IMG/VR virus record: IMGVR_UViG_3300027896_000001
Coordinates: 32,001-96,000 of that record
Reading direction: 5' to 3' (one strand)
Source: a virus
DNA: 64,000 nucleotides
This document shows, piece by piece, positions 31,470 through 41,754 of this stretch. The notes beneath the pieces were generated by a model, which saw only the letters and a list, made by a program, of their open reading frames with translations, searched no databases and had not been told where the DNA came from. Every line of letters begins with the position of its first letter. Positions within the stretch are counted from its first letter, which is position 1. Made by a program: the position numbers and the translations under genes.

Positions 31470-33755
31470 TTAAATGGTCACTCTCACCGGCAGCGCATCT
31501 GCCAGCAAATCATCAAACTTCTTTTCTGTTTCTTTTTTCTTTTCGTAAATTAAAAACTCTTCATGATCTTCGCCCAAAGCTACGGATTCAGGGACTTCGG
31601 GCCATGTATTGACATGTTGTCCGGCCCCATCAGACGTGTTTGCCGTCTGAAGGAATATGAGAATTTGATAAACCAAATCAAATAGATTTCTTTGTCTGTA
31701 TGCTTCAACCATGCCTGTTGCAAGGTTGCCATGACAAGCGTGCCCGTCTTCAAATACATGGGGCGCGTGAAATCCTGTATTCATTCCCATACCGCCGGTA
31801 AATTTTGTATTGAAAATTCGCACAGTGTTATTCGTGTTATAGGAAAAATCAAGCATACCAATGGTGATATGAAAAGTTCCAATATCGTGCCATTTTTTGC
31901 TTCTTTCATCCTTCACGTATAAATTTTTCGTATATACATGAACGGTTCCTTCACGAATATAAATTGCTGAAACTTTATTAATAGCCATAGTGTCATTATA
32001 ATTACGAAGCGCCTTTTCTTTTTCCAATTCTTCAAATCGCTTCATGTCAAAAGCGCCAAGCTGATCGCTGTATCTTTGCATTAATTTTGCGGCTTCCATC
32101 GCTTTATCCATGTATTGTTTGAAAAGCGCTTTTTGCTCTTCATGAAGATGCTCAATCGATTTATAAACACTTTTTGAAGCTTCCAAAGAAAATTTTACAT
32201 AAGTTTCCATATTGTTAGTATTTAAGTCACTAAAATATTTTTTGTCGATTGCAATCAGTTCTTCATAAGGAACATTCATGTTAATTCTTCTGGCAAGTTC
32301 TGTAAGAACTTTAAATAAAAGCCGGCCCTCTTCATCGAAATATTGAAACAATAAAGTTATAATACATCGGTTTCTTACAGCGAATATTATATTCGTGTAA
32401 GTGTCTTTAAAAATACAATCATATTTAAAAAAGGGCGAATTTTCCCTATTCTGAAGAATAATTTGAATTGCCTTTTCTTTTTCTTCTTCAGTCCCTTTTC
32501 CAGTACGAATTTTATTTATTTTTTCATTTACATCAGAACCGGTAATTATATAATGTTTTCTTATTTCCTCACCAAGGCAGATCGTCATAGCATTTCCGCC
32601 TCTTGAATTGACCGGTTGATGTGCGACAAAGCCTTCTCTGTCGTTTGATAAACTCGGCGAAGGATCAATTATTACGGTGTGCTTATACACATCGTTGTCA
32701 TTAATATTTTTAAGGAAATTTTTTATCGCAGCAATGTGATAATATTGGGACATTATTACGTTTTTATTTATTTGTCTTGCAAGTTTTATTATAGCTTCAC
32801 TTTCTTCATCTGTCACGCCATCATGAAGCACTACAAGCCCGTTTTCTAAAACATGTTTTACAACACCTTCACGGGCCAATATAGTATAGATTTGATCAAT
32901 AAATTGTTCGTTTGTTTTTTTGACTTCATTTTTTTCTTTTGGCGCCATGTCTTTCAAAAGTTCCTCCGCAAGTTTTTCTTCATTACTTAATTCATTAACA
33001 GATGCGCTTTCTGAGAATGTTTCAAACGACGGGTTAGCATAAGGGCTGGGTCCTTCAGAAGGGGAAGGACTAGGTCCTTCAGAGGATACAGCCTCAGAAG
33101 GCATGGCTGCTCCCAACATTTCTGTTAATCTTCCTATAGGCGGTATAGGTGTTACATAGGTTCCACTTCCTCCACCTCCACTTCCACCAATACCAGCACT
33201 TATGTTTCCTATGGCACCTATAATTCCTCCAGCAAGACCTTGACCACCAGAACCCTGAACTGTTCCTAACTGATCAAGACGCGTTTCAAAAGGAGAAGGA
33301 TTAGGCCTTCCAATATTTCTAAGTTGTTGTACTGCTTCAGCTTGTTGGCGTCTTAATTGGTCTTCGTATGCATTTTGTCGAATAATTTCTTCCTCACGCA
33401 TTTGCCTTAATTCTATTTGCGCTCTTTCAAGATTAAATCGTGGATTGCCCAATCCCATAAAATATCTGAATACTGAACTTTCCTTTATATGGCCATCAGT
33501 AAGAGAATATAATATACTTTCGTCAATCCAATATTTCATGAATATTACATGCATTCCCGCAACGCTTGAAGAAATTATTTGCGGTTGAAGATTGCTGCTT
33601 TCGTTTTCTCTAGTATGAAGATTTGTAAGCAATCTGACGGCGATATTTGTGTCATCTTTCGAAATAATGTAAGCGCATAGATTATCAGCCAATGGATATG
33701 GATCACTTAGGAATCCGAATAGCTGAGGAATCCATGACTCTACAAATGAGTACAT
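31470..33755 (-). CDS. Large coiled-coil protein with C-terminal E2/UBC-like domain
   Basis: FHAPHVFEDGHACHG…ILIFLQTANTSD, preceded by Gly/Ser/Pro-rich linkers and a coiled coil. Confidence 0.65.
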   Translation of the reverse strand: MYSFVESWIPQLFGFLSDPYPLADNLCAYIISKDDTNIAVRLLTNLHTRENESSNLQPQIISSSVAGMHVIFMKYWIDESILYSLTDGHIKESSVFRYFMGLGNPRFNLERAQIELRQMREEEIIRQNAYEDQLRRQQAEAVQQLRNIGRPNPSPFETRLDQLGTVQGSGGQGLAGGIIGAIGNISAGIGGSGGGGSGTYVTPIPPIGRLTEMLGAAMPSEAVSSEGPSPSPSEGPSPYANPSFETFSESASVNELSNEEKLAEELLKDMAPKEKNEVKKTNEQFIDQIYTILAREGVVKHVLENGLVVLHDGVTDEESEAIIKLARQINKNVIMSQYYHIAAIKNFLKNINDNDVYKHTVIIDPSPSLSNDREGFVAHQPVNSRGGNAMTICLGEEIRKHYIITGSDVNEKINKIRTGKGTEEEKEKAIQIILQNRENSPFFKYDCIFKDTYTNIIFAVRNRCIITLLFQYFDEEGRLLFKVLTELARRINMNVPYEELIAIDKKYFSDLNTNNMETYVKFSLEASKSVYKSIEHLHEEQKALFKQYMDKAMEAAKLMQRYSDQLGAFDMKRFEELEKEKALRNYNDTMAINKVSAIYIREGTVHVYTKNLYVKDERSKKWHDIGTFHITIGMLDFSYNTNNTVRIFNTKFTGGMGMNTGFHAPHVFEDGHACHGNLATGMVEAYRQRNLFDLVYQILIFLQTANTSDGAGQHVNTWPEVPESVALGEDHEEFLIYEKKKETEKKFDDLLADALPVRVTI

Positions 33756-33805
33756 TCATCCTCCTTTTTGTAAAAAAAAGAATAAATCTTTCTATAATTG
33801 TTATT

Positions 33806-34165
33806 TCATATCTTTTGAGATAATAACGCACGAGCATTATGGGCTGTTTCAACATTAGGACGGGTTATTCTAAGAATTCGTTTTATTTCAACCCACTCTT
33901 CCCAGGAATGGCAAACAAACACCTTTGCGCCACATTCGCGAAGTTTCTGTATTTTTATCGATTGTAATTTCTCAGGACCGCCGGCGAGCCTTTTCATTTC
34001 CACAAGAACAGGGCCTGTAAGGGCCATTGTGAAAAAGATATCGGGCTCGCCGTTGTCACTGGTTTTAATAATTTTAAAACATTCGCAATATTTTCCGAAA
34101 GAACGAAGATCGTTTAAGACTTTCGTCTGGTTTTTGGATTCTTCTGCCATATATCGGCCGCCCAT
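33806..34165 (-). CDS. VRR-NUC domain nuclease
   Basis: GEPDIFF…LVEMKR…EKLQ…LRECGAKVFVCHS. Confidence 0.8.
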   Translation of the reverse strand: MGGRYMAEESKNQTKVLNDLRSFGKYCECFKIIKTSDNGEPDIFFTMALTGPVLVEMKRLAGGPEKLQSIKIQKLRECGAKVFVCHSWEEWVEIKRILRITRPNVETAHNARALLSQKI

Positions 34166-34216
34166 CTGATTAGTTTGATAAAAAATTTATATGTGGAATA
34201 TGTTCCGTTTTTTTTT

Positions 34217-34669
34217 CTAGGCTGGTACTTGCGCAGGTCCACTTGGAATTCTCATGGCGGATTTGAATTCTGTATTCAACGGAACAAATGTTTGACTTGT
34301 CGCTTGAGGATCTTTGGAAACATACAACCATCCTCCCGGAACCCTTACGACAGTTGTAAAACGGTCAAGTTCGAAAGATTCACCCAATTGGGAAGAATGG
34401 AATTTTTCAGCTAAAGCTAAAGCCATTGGAGTTAATTCTTTGGACTGAATAATATTAATATTAACTTTAAGTGCAACAATTTTTTTCTTTGCTTCTTCAA
34501 AATATGTTTCAATATGATTGGCTATCCATTCCTCTTTTGTACTATAATCCATACCTGGGCCAATCTCGCTTATTTCCATGTCTGTTTGTATTACTTCATT
34601 TTCGTAGGCATCTTGCGCCATAAGCATGATTACATATTGAAGAAATTCAGGATTATTCAAATTGTCCAT
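34217..34669 (-). CDS. Hypothetical protein
   Basis: 150-aa ORF with GGAGG RBS. Confidence 0.65.
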   Translation of the reverse strand: MDNLNNPEFLQYVIMLMAQDAYENEVIQTDMEISEIGPGMDYSTKEEWIANHIETYFEEAKKKIVALKVNINIIQSKELTPMALALAEKFHSSQLGESFELDRFTTVVRVPGGWLYVSKDPQATSQTFVPLNTEFKSAMRIPSGPAQVPA

Positions 34670-34695
34670 TGTCCTCCCATGAAAAATGTAAACAT

Positions 34696-35022
34696 CTATT
34701 TAACTGTTAATTTATTTATGATTCGGTAGATGGTTTGAACATGAAGCTTGTATTCTTTTGCAAGATCTACTTTTGTTTTAAGGCGGCTTACATATGCGGA
34801 ATAAATCAATTGATTTCGTTCTTTTTTGGCGACACTTGCCTTATATTGAACTATTTCATACTTCGCTCTTAATTTAGCTACTTTTACCCTTTTTGATTCA
34901 ATACTTTGCTTTGTTATCACCTCTCCCGGGACAAATAAATGCAAAGCTATTTCTCTGTCAGTTTTATAAACTCTTTGCATTTCTAATAACTGTCGCCGTG
35001 TTATTCTTATGGATTTTTTCAT
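34696..35022 (-). CDS. HTH DNA-binding protein (Mor-like C-terminal HTH)
   Basis: TDREIA and ERNQLIY…LAKEYKLHVQTIYRII. Start placed at MKKSIR after GGAGG; the ORF track gives 35055. Confidence 0.6.
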   Translation of the reverse strand: MKKSIRITRRQLLEMQRVYKTDREIALHLFVPGEVITKQSIESKRVKVAKLRAKYEIVQYKASVAKKERNQLIYSAYVSRLKTKVDLAKEYKLHVQTIYRIINKLTVK

Positions 35023-35273
35023 TGGCCTCCTTGTATTTTTGAATAATACCCACATTCAGTAGCGAGTTTGAATCCGCAATCACAAGCAGCAACGCAGGTT
35101 TTACATTTACTTTTTTCCCATTTAACATTGAATTCTTCCGCGTGATTTTTAATCCATTCAATGATAAACGCGTCACCTGGATCCCTGTTTATTCTTACGC
35201 CTTCATCCCATTTATCCACCAGAATTTTTTTAATTTGAATATCAACTCTTCTTTTCATTTCTTCGCCGCACAT
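35019..35273 (-). CDS. Small hypothetical protein (DUF4032-like segment, Cys-rich tail)
   Basis: DKWDEGVRINRDPG…EWIKNHAEEF and CKTC…CDC…EC. Confidence 0.5.
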   Translation of the reverse strand: MCGEEMKRRVDIQIKKILVDKWDEGVRINRDPGDAFIIEWIKNHAEEFNVKWEKSKCKTCVAACDCGFKLATECGYYSKIQGGQ

Positions 35274-35299
35274 AAGCAGCTCCTTGAAAAGAATTATAA

Positions 35300-35452
35300 T
35301 TATTCAGTCGGAAGCATGTCTTCCAAAATAGAATCACGTTCAGACGTGTCTTCGTCTTCAGGAAGACTTCTATCCGCATCTATTTCTTTTTCTTCCTCCG
35401 GATCTCTTAAAATTAAATCCGGGTCTAATTCTTCTTGGAATATTGGGTCCAT
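35300..35452 (-). CDS. 50-aa highly acidic protein (not in ORF track)
   Basis: MDPIFQEELDPDLILRDPEEEKEIDADRSLPEDEDTSERDSILEDMLPTE with an AAGGAG RBS; it fills the gap between two genes. Confidence 0.6.
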   Translation of the reverse strand: MDPIFQEELDPDLILRDPEEEKEIDADRSLPEDEDTSERDSILEDMLPTE

Positions 35453-35463
35453 ACAAAACTCCT

Positions 35464-37275
35464 TTAAATAGCATTTTTTATAGCAAAAATTTTATTCATT
35501 TCTTCTGGATTTTTCAGGACTCTTGAAAGTTGAGACAGACTTAATGCCATATCTTGTTTAGCAAAAAGAGCTTTTAATGTAATTACATCCATAGAACTTT
35601 CTGCAACAAGATCTATAGCAGTTACTTTGTCTTTTTGTCCTTTACGGTGTTGACGACCAAGAGCCTGATCTCGTGTTATATATGATCGTGAATTACTATA
35701 AAATACCTGGTAATTTGAAAATTGGATATTTTGTCCAACTCCCATTTTTTTAGGATTTGCTACTACATATGGAACTCCGCTTTCTCTGAATATTTTTACC
35801 TGTTCGAAAGAGTCTTGGTTTCCATAACATGTTATGAACGAATTTTTTCCATATGCCTTTTCAAGAGTTTTTGATATCAATTGAATGGCTGGAATATAAT
35901 TCGTCCAAATAATAACCTGCCTTCCATCAGGTATATTATTCAATGTAGTCATAAGCAAATCCATTTTAGGGTTTTCTTCTAATATAATAACATTCCTGTC
36001 ATCATGTTCGCGACCAAAATCATCAATAGACACTCTTGTATTAATATAAAATCCAGAAGCTATCTGATGTAGTTTTCCAACAAGTACAAGAGCATTTTTT
36101 GCAACCAATTGAGCCTCGCATGATCGGTCGCAATTTTCTTTTCTGTCGCATTTGGAACACATATCATCAATGACAGCAACAAGGTTTTCTTTCATTTGAT
36201 TGTACAGTTTTAATTGCCCACCAAGCATTTCACAACTGTATTTTTCAAATATTAATTCAGGAAGATCGATGCATTCTTCCTTTTTAAACATAACAGATAA
36301 ATCGCCTGTAATTTTTTGTATTCGCTCTTTGGTGCCAGCGCAAGGAACCCAAACATATTGATCCGGATCAACAGGATACATATATCTTCTTCTAAACTCG
36401 TTATAAGTTGCGTACGGAACTGTATCAGGACCAAGGAAACGAAACGGCATATAAAATGACATTGCGTTGTTGGCATGAAGCGTACCGGTAACAATGTATT
36501 TATATCGAGCGCTTTCGAAGATGTTTATAATCGCCCGTGTCTGCAATGAAGTTGGGCTTCCTATTCTATGCGCTTCATCTAAAACTATCATGTCAAAAAA
36601 ATCGTCCGGTATATATTGGGCCAGTGTTCTCATCGTTTCATAACTGACCAAATAGATATCATAATCACGATTTTTTTTAGTCATGGTAAATTTTTTGTTG
36701 ATTATTTTATTTCCAAGAGCGGATGAATTTATAATGGCCCCTGTAAGATGGGGAGTTTGAACACGCATTTCCTCAATAACATTTTTTTTCAAATCAGCCA
36801 ATGTTATTATGAGTGCGTGTTTAATCATTCCTTTTTGAATTCTTTTATCAATAGCCCATAAATATGGGCCTGTTTTACAAGTCCCGACATCAGCTATGAT
36901 CGCCGATACGTCAGAATAATATATTGCATTAAATATTATTTTTTGATGGTTCAGTGGAGGATAAATACCCTTGCATTCATAATCGAATTTTATCGTTCCG
37001 CTGTATTGTTCTTTAATTTTCTGTATGTTTGCTATTCTTTTTTTATGATGTTCTATAAGAGTGGAAATTACTAATTTTGATGTTTTATCAAATTCAATTC
37101 CATAATGGCTGAATTGGCTAATGTGAACTCCAGCCTTTATAGGAATTAATATTTCGTATTTTCCACGCACTTTTTTTCCATCCATGACGGCCTGCATGGT
37201 CTCAAGAATATCGCCATCCAAGCATTCGATTATAAAATTATTCTTGTCAAATCTTGAAATTTTCATCTTAACCAC
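35464..37275 (-). CDS. SNF2-family (SF2) helicase
   Basis: DVGTCKT Walker A, VLDEAH, TGT, ENPKMD, GVGQNI, QALGRQHRKGQ. Confidence 0.9.
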   Translation of the reverse strand: MVKMKISRFDKNNFIIECLDGDILETMQAVMDGKKVRGKYEILIPIKAGVHISQFSHYGIEFDKTSKLVISTLIEHHKKRIANIQKIKEQYSGTIKFDYECKGIYPPLNHQKIIFNAIYYSDVSAIIADVGTCKTGPYLWAIDKRIQKGMIKHALIITLADLKKNVIEEMRVQTPHLTGAIINSSALGNKIINKKFTMTKKNRDYDIYLVSYETMRTLAQYIPDDFFDMIVLDEAHRIGSPTSLQTRAIINIFESARYKYIVTGTLHANNAMSFYMPFRFLGPDTVPYATYNEFRRRYMYPVDPDQYVWVPCAGTKERIQKITGDLSVMFKKEECIDLPELIFEKYSCEMLGGQLKLYNQMKENLVAVIDDMCSKCDRKENCDRSCEAQLVAKNALVLVGKLHQIASGFYINTRVSIDDFGREHDDRNVIILEENPKMDLLMTTLNNIPDGRQVIIWTNYIPAIQLISKTLEKAYGKNSFITCYGNQDSFEQVKIFRESGVPYVVANPKKMGVGQNIQFSNYQVFYSNSRSYITRDQALGRQHRKGQKDKVTAIDLVAESSMDVITLKALFAKQDMALSLSQLSRVLKNPEEMNKIFAIKNAI

Positions 37276-37278
37276 TTT

Positions 37279-37761
37279 CTAGTTAACAAAGTTAAAAAAC
37301 CCGGTCTTAATATTATTGTTCTCAACTATGCAAACTAATTGTAGTTTTTTTTCGTTACTCCAGCTTTTAAGATCTATAGTATATCTAAATTCAATTCCAT
37401 CCGGAGTATTCTTTGATTTATCCTTAATGAAGTTACCTTTCTTGCGTGCATCAGCTATCAATGTTATTATAAATGATTTTAAGTTGGAAGGCATTAATAA
37501 ACATTCAGATTTTGCATCTTTGAACACGTCCTTGTAAATAATAGAATTTTCCAATGCAAGGCCTTCCAAACGTTCAGACAATTGTTTAAAAGCATGAGCT
37601 GACATATCCAGTCCGTAACTTCCATCAGCTCCTTCCTGAGACAACTCGTCCCTGAGATCGTCAATTATTCTATGCATATTATGTATTTTTAATTCAAGAG
37701 TAAACAGGTCAGTAAGCAATTCCGCATATTGAAGATATTTATCTTCTAGAGAATCTTCCAT
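37279..37761 (-). CDS. Hypothetical protein
   Basis: 160-aa ORF with AGGAGG RBS. Confidence 0.65.
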   Translation of the reverse strand: MEDSLEDKYLQYAELLTDLFTLELKIHNMHRIIDDLRDELSQEGADGSYGLDMSAHAFKQLSERLEGLALENSIIYKDVFKDAKSECLLMPSNLKSFIITLIADARKKGNFIKDKSKNTPDGIEFRYTIDLKSWSNEKKLQLVCIVENNNIKTGFFNFVN

Positions 37762-38471
37762 TATGTTTCCTCCTTAAAAACTATTGTTCCGTATTCGTGT
37801 AATGGGTCAGGTTCGGTAGAAACATATTTAAAATCATTAAGATTTTTTCTAAAATTTCTGACAATCTCCGGTAGATTTCCTGTTTTTGCATACAGGCCAG
37901 AATATGTTTTTTTCAATTTAAAAGAAAAATAAGATTCTTCTTTTGAATGAATTAAATATGCCACCAATTTTCCGGATGTTAATAAAGTATGCGTATTATC
38001 AGCAAACGAAATATTATAATTAAATGCGTTTTTAATACCATGAGTTACGATATAATGTTTAGACAAGGATATTGCTCCACTTTTTGTAAAATGAGGATTT
38101 ATATCAAAATAACATTGCGGATTATTATTAAATTCTTTTTTCACAAAAATAAAATCAACTGGTCGAATTCTGAATATTTCGTTCTTTATTAAAAATGTAT
38201 TTTCGCAATAACATTGAACTTTTTTTCCTATATAAGGTTGAAAAATAATCGGTGTTTTTATAAATATTCCTTTTCCTACTTTGACTTTACAATACAGTCT
38301 TGAAGAGTCTGTATGTTCATTTGTTTTGGCAAGAGCGACAAGAATTGTTTTATTATCCACATCACGGATAAAAATAAATTTTATATATCGCACGCCAAGA
38401 TTAATAAGTTTCAAAATTATCTCTTCATCATTGAAGTGAAAATTTGTTTTTCCAATAACAGATTCAATCAT
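37761..38471 (-). CDS. Hypothetical protein
   Basis: 236-aa basic ORF, translationally coupled to the next gene. Confidence 0.6.
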   Translation of the reverse strand: MIESVIGKTNFHFNDEEIILKLINLGVRYIKFIFIRDVDNKTILVALAKTNEHTDSSRLYCKVKVGKGIFIKTPIIFQPYIGKKVQCYCENTFLIKNEIFRIRPVDFIFVKKEFNNNPQCYFDINPHFTKSGAISLSKHYIVTHGIKNAFNYNISFADNTHTLLTSGKLVAYLIHSKEESYFSFKLKKTYSGLYAKTGNLPEIVRNFRKNLNDFKYVSTEPDPLHEYGTIVFKEET

Positions 38472-38684
38472 GTTTGCCTTTCTGTTAAAAAAAACGAGAA
38501 AGCTACCTATGTAGCTTTCTCAGTTTTTTAGCCACAGCTTTAATACTTTTTTTGACGTGAATTAATACAATTAATTTTGCTGATTCTTCCGCGACTATTG
38601 TAAGAATACAAGTCGCAATAAATTTAATCATAATCCTCCTTTTGGCATTTTCAGCCTCGGGGAGGCTTATATGCGTAAGAAGGA

Positions 38685-40808
38685 TTATGGATTTATAAAT
38701 CCTTTGCTTGTTGCTTCTTCTGAAGTAAAAGCATCAAACGTGGCTTTTGATTTTACCTTGGAAATAGAATCAAGTTCTTCTGTAGTTAATTCAATTCCTT
38801 TGTCTTCCAAAAGATCCTTCAATTGTGAAGGAGAAATACTGAGATAATTGATGAATTCAGTCATTTCTATATTCTTTCGCAAAAGCAATTCTACCGTTTT
38901 TCTCGTATCGTATTCACGGAATTTGGTTAAATAAAAATCCAATTTTGCTTTTTTATCAATAACAATTGGATCTTCACATTGCTTTGTAAAAGATTTGCAT
39001 AATTTTGAAAGACGTTCTATTTCGGCTTTATTGGTTTCGATTCTTTTCCAGGCAGCTCTGCATTCATCCACGCTTGATACCGAACAGGCAAATGGATCAT
39101 CAAGTTTGCCTGATATCAGTTTGTTAAACAAAGGACACATGCCGTCCTCACCTAACCAACAAGTATGACAATACTCGTTTCGCGTAGGTTGAAAAGCGGT
39201 TCCATCTGTTTTAAGTATTTCCTGTTCTATACTTTGTATCGTTGTATTTATCCAAAGAAGTGCTCTTTCAGCAACTTCTTTTGGATTGTTTATTTCATAT
39301 TCTATTGTTTCTCCAAACCTAACATATTCTATTCTTACTATAATTTTATTAAAACTTCTCTCAGGAAGAAATTTATACGCAAGAAGGATATATGTCATTG
39401 TTTGGTGATCTTCCATTAACTCTTTTATACTCATCATTTTTCTGGATGATTTGTAATCCGTGATGACGACATAATCTCCGAAATAACTTAAGACATCTAT
39501 GATTCCTCGGAAATAAGCATCATTGGCATAAAAGTCTTTAAGCGATTTCCAATCTTTATCAAAGACAAGTCGTTTTTCTGTCAAAGTCAAATCACCAGGA
39601 GTTAATGAAAAATCTTTTAAAGTGTAAAATCGATTCATAATATTTCTTACTTCAAGAATGACGTCGGGATCTTCGCATTTATAATAATTAATAGCATTCT
39701 CAACCATGGCGTTATAAGACGCGAGATCCGGCATTGATGGCTTTTCATAAGTATTATGATCGATTGTTTTGTCCATGTCAAAAATCAAATCAGAAATTGT
39801 AACCAAACCAGGAAAATAAGAAGAAATTTTTGTCCGAACATCGTAAAGATATTCTGCAAGTCCCCTTATTCCTTTATTTAAATATTTACTCTCTATGATT
39901 TTTTCATCTTCAGGAAAAATTTTAATGTGTTTTGATTCTGCATAAATACAGAATTTATTTTTAAATAATTCTTCATAACACCATTCTCCGGCTTTTTCAG
40001 CAATTCTATGACATATTTTTCCTGTTTTAAAATAATTTTTATCAGGTTCTTTTAAATTCTTCACATATTGCATATACCATTTAAAAGGACACTGATTAAA
40101 AAGATTTAAACGGGAATAAGAATATGTCTGAGTAGCAAACATTTGCTTGTCACGTTCTGAAATCACAACGCCAAGTTTAAGATTATTTATGTCTTCAGAA
40201 CTTGCGAGATTTTTAACAACACTTGTTTCTGCTGAATAAAGTTGTTGCACTTCGGCCGGCATTGCAAATAGTGGAGCATCCATTTTTTTGATTCTTTCCG
40301 CTTCTTCAGAAACAAATAACTTACAATAAAGTTCGATACATTTTTTAGCATCATATTCTGAACGGTGAGACTCAGAATCGTTCCATTCAATGTTTGCTCT
40401 TATGCAGGCAGTTTTTAATTTATTTCCACCTCTGTATCTATCCCTGCAAAGCAATAATGTATCAATTACTTTTTTTGGAGAAATGCGTAAAAATTTTATA
40501 TCGAAAGACAATACGTTATGTCCAACAACAGTTCTTTCCCCTATGAACGCGGCTATTTCTTCTCTTATTCCGTCAGTAAGATAATTAGGACAATTTTTTA
40601 CCATGTCAATAGTGATATGGTTGACGGCGGTAGCTTCGGGGTTTATATAATTGGACATTGGTTTACAAAGTTTTGTAATAATTTTTCCGATTTTATTACT
40701 GCGATTAAATTCAATTGCGGTTACTTCAACTATTTCGTCTTTTTGATCATTTAATCCGGTTGTTTCAACATCTACAGATACAAGGTCAAAAACAGGTGTT
40801 AAATCCAC
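38685..40808 (-). CDS. DEDDh (DnaQ-like) 3'-5' exonuclease fused to PD-(D/E)XK (RecB/Cas4-like) nuclease
   Basis: VDVETTG, GHNVLSFD, HRSEYDA; then YSYSRLNLFNQCPFKW, GKICH, FRGIID, TDYKS, CHTC…CP. Confidence 0.85.
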   Translation of the reverse strand: MDLTPVFDLVSVDVETTGLNDQKDEIVEVTAIEFNRSNKIGKIITKLCKPMSNYINPEATAVNHITIDMVKNCPNYLTDGIREEIAAFIGERTVVGHNVLSFDIKFLRISPKKVIDTLLLCRDRYRGGNKLKTACIRANIEWNDSESHRSEYDAKKCIELYCKLFVSEEAERIKKMDAPLFAMPAEVQQLYSAETSVVKNLASSEDINNLKLGVVISERDKQMFATQTYSYSRLNLFNQCPFKWYMQYVKNLKEPDKNYFKTGKICHRIAEKAGEWCYEELFKNKFCIYAESKHIKIFPEDEKIIESKYLNKGIRGLAEYLYDVRTKISSYFPGLVTISDLIFDMDKTIDHNTYEKPSMPDLASYNAMVENAINYYKCEDPDVILEVRNIMNRFYTLKDFSLTPGDLTLTEKRLVFDKDWKSLKDFYANDAYFRGIIDVLSYFGDYVVITDYKSSRKMMSIKELMEDHQTMTYILLAYKFLPERSFNKIIVRIEYVRFGETIEYEINNPKEVAERALLWINTTIQSIEQEILKTDGTAFQPTRNEYCHTCWLGEDGMCPLFNKLISGKLDDPFACSVSSVDECRAAWKRIETNKAEIERLSKLCKSFTKQCEDPIVIDKKAKLDFYLTKFREYDTRKTVELLLRKNIEMTEFINYLSISPSQLKDLLEDKGIELTTEELDSISKVKSKATFDAFTSEEATSKGFINP

Positions 40809-40818
40809 TGATGCTCCT

Positions 40819-41289
40819 TTACACTTGGTCTGAAGGTAATGGCGGTGGTTCTTTAGATTTCATTATATCTTTCATGTACTTTTCAAGTTTTTCAATTAAT
40901 TCAATATAAAATTTAATAGTAGAAATTTGAACATAATCTCTTTGTATTAATTCTCTTAATCCTGAAGACATGGCAAACATTTCATGTTCGTTAAAATTTG
41001 TCACTACTTTAGTTATTTCATTACGCAAAGTAATTCCGTGGGATTCCTGTATACCATCTTCTAATTCCAATACTCGTTTTCGGTATCCAACGGCTTGAGC
41101 AGATTCATCGGCGAACATTTTTTGAAGTTTACCAAGATGTTCATTTTTCTGTACTACATAATCACATAATCGTTTATTTAAATCAGAAGATTTTTTTTGT
41201 TCTTCTTTTATTTTTTGATATAAATAAACAACCCATCCTATAAAACCTATAATTGCTCCTATTAAAAAATTAATTATAAAAACACTCAT
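40819..41289 (-). CDS. Membrane-anchored hypothetical protein
   Basis: N-terminal hydrophobic helix followed by a coiled coil; GGAGG RBS. Confidence 0.65.
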   Translation of the reverse strand: MSVFIINFLIGAIIGFIGWVVYLYQKIKEEQKKSSDLNKRLCDYVVQKNEHLGKLQKMFADESAQAVGYRKRVLELEDGIQESHGITLRNEITKVVTNFNEHEMFAMSSGLRELIQRDYVQISTIKFYIELIEKLEKYMKDIMKSKEPPPLPSDQV

Positions 41290-41325
41290 TAACCCCTCCT
41301 AATTGTTATTTCATATCAAATAAAT

Positions 41326-41520
41326 TTAATAACCGTGAAGTTCTTTCAATTCTTTTAGTATTTCGTATGCAGTAGCAGTGTCGCTATATAAATGAATGTT
41401 CTGCTGTATCCAGTGGTAATTCTCTACTTTGTCCATAGGAATATTCAATAATAGGAGTTTTCTTTTTACCTCGTCGAATCGGATAACCCACGAATCTATT
41501 ATCTTCGGTTTCTCTTCCAT
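41326..41520 (-). CDS. Small hypothetical protein
   Basis: 64-aa ORF; overlaps the 3' part of the 41384-41731 ORF. Confidence 0.5.
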   Translation of the reverse strand: MEEKPKIIDSWVIRFDEVKRKLLLLNIPMDKVENYHWIQQNIHLYSDTATAYEILKELKELHGY

Positions 41521-41731
41521 ATTGCCATGCCTTCTTTCTTCCTCTTGCTTCTCCGACTTTTTTGTAATCTCCAGTCATTACATAATACGTTACTCCTTTA
41601 GTCATCCCGCCATGATGTTCTAATTCTACACAACTTTTGAATATTTCTTTGACATTGAATTGCCTACCTATAAATCTACCATTATACCAAGATGTTGGTA
41701 AAGTAGATTTAATAATTTCTATTCTGCACAT
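41384..41731 (-). CDS. Hypothetical protein
   Basis: 115-aa ORF with AAAGGA RBS. Confidence 0.45.
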   Translation of the reverse strand: MCRIEIIKSTLPTSWYNGRFIGRQFNVKEIFKSCVELEHHGGMTKGVTYYVMTGDYKKVGEARGRKKAWQYGRETEDNRFVGYPIRRGKKKTPIIEYSYGQSRELPLDTAEHSFI

Positions 41732-41754
41732 AGGCTTGTTTCCTTTTTAGATAA

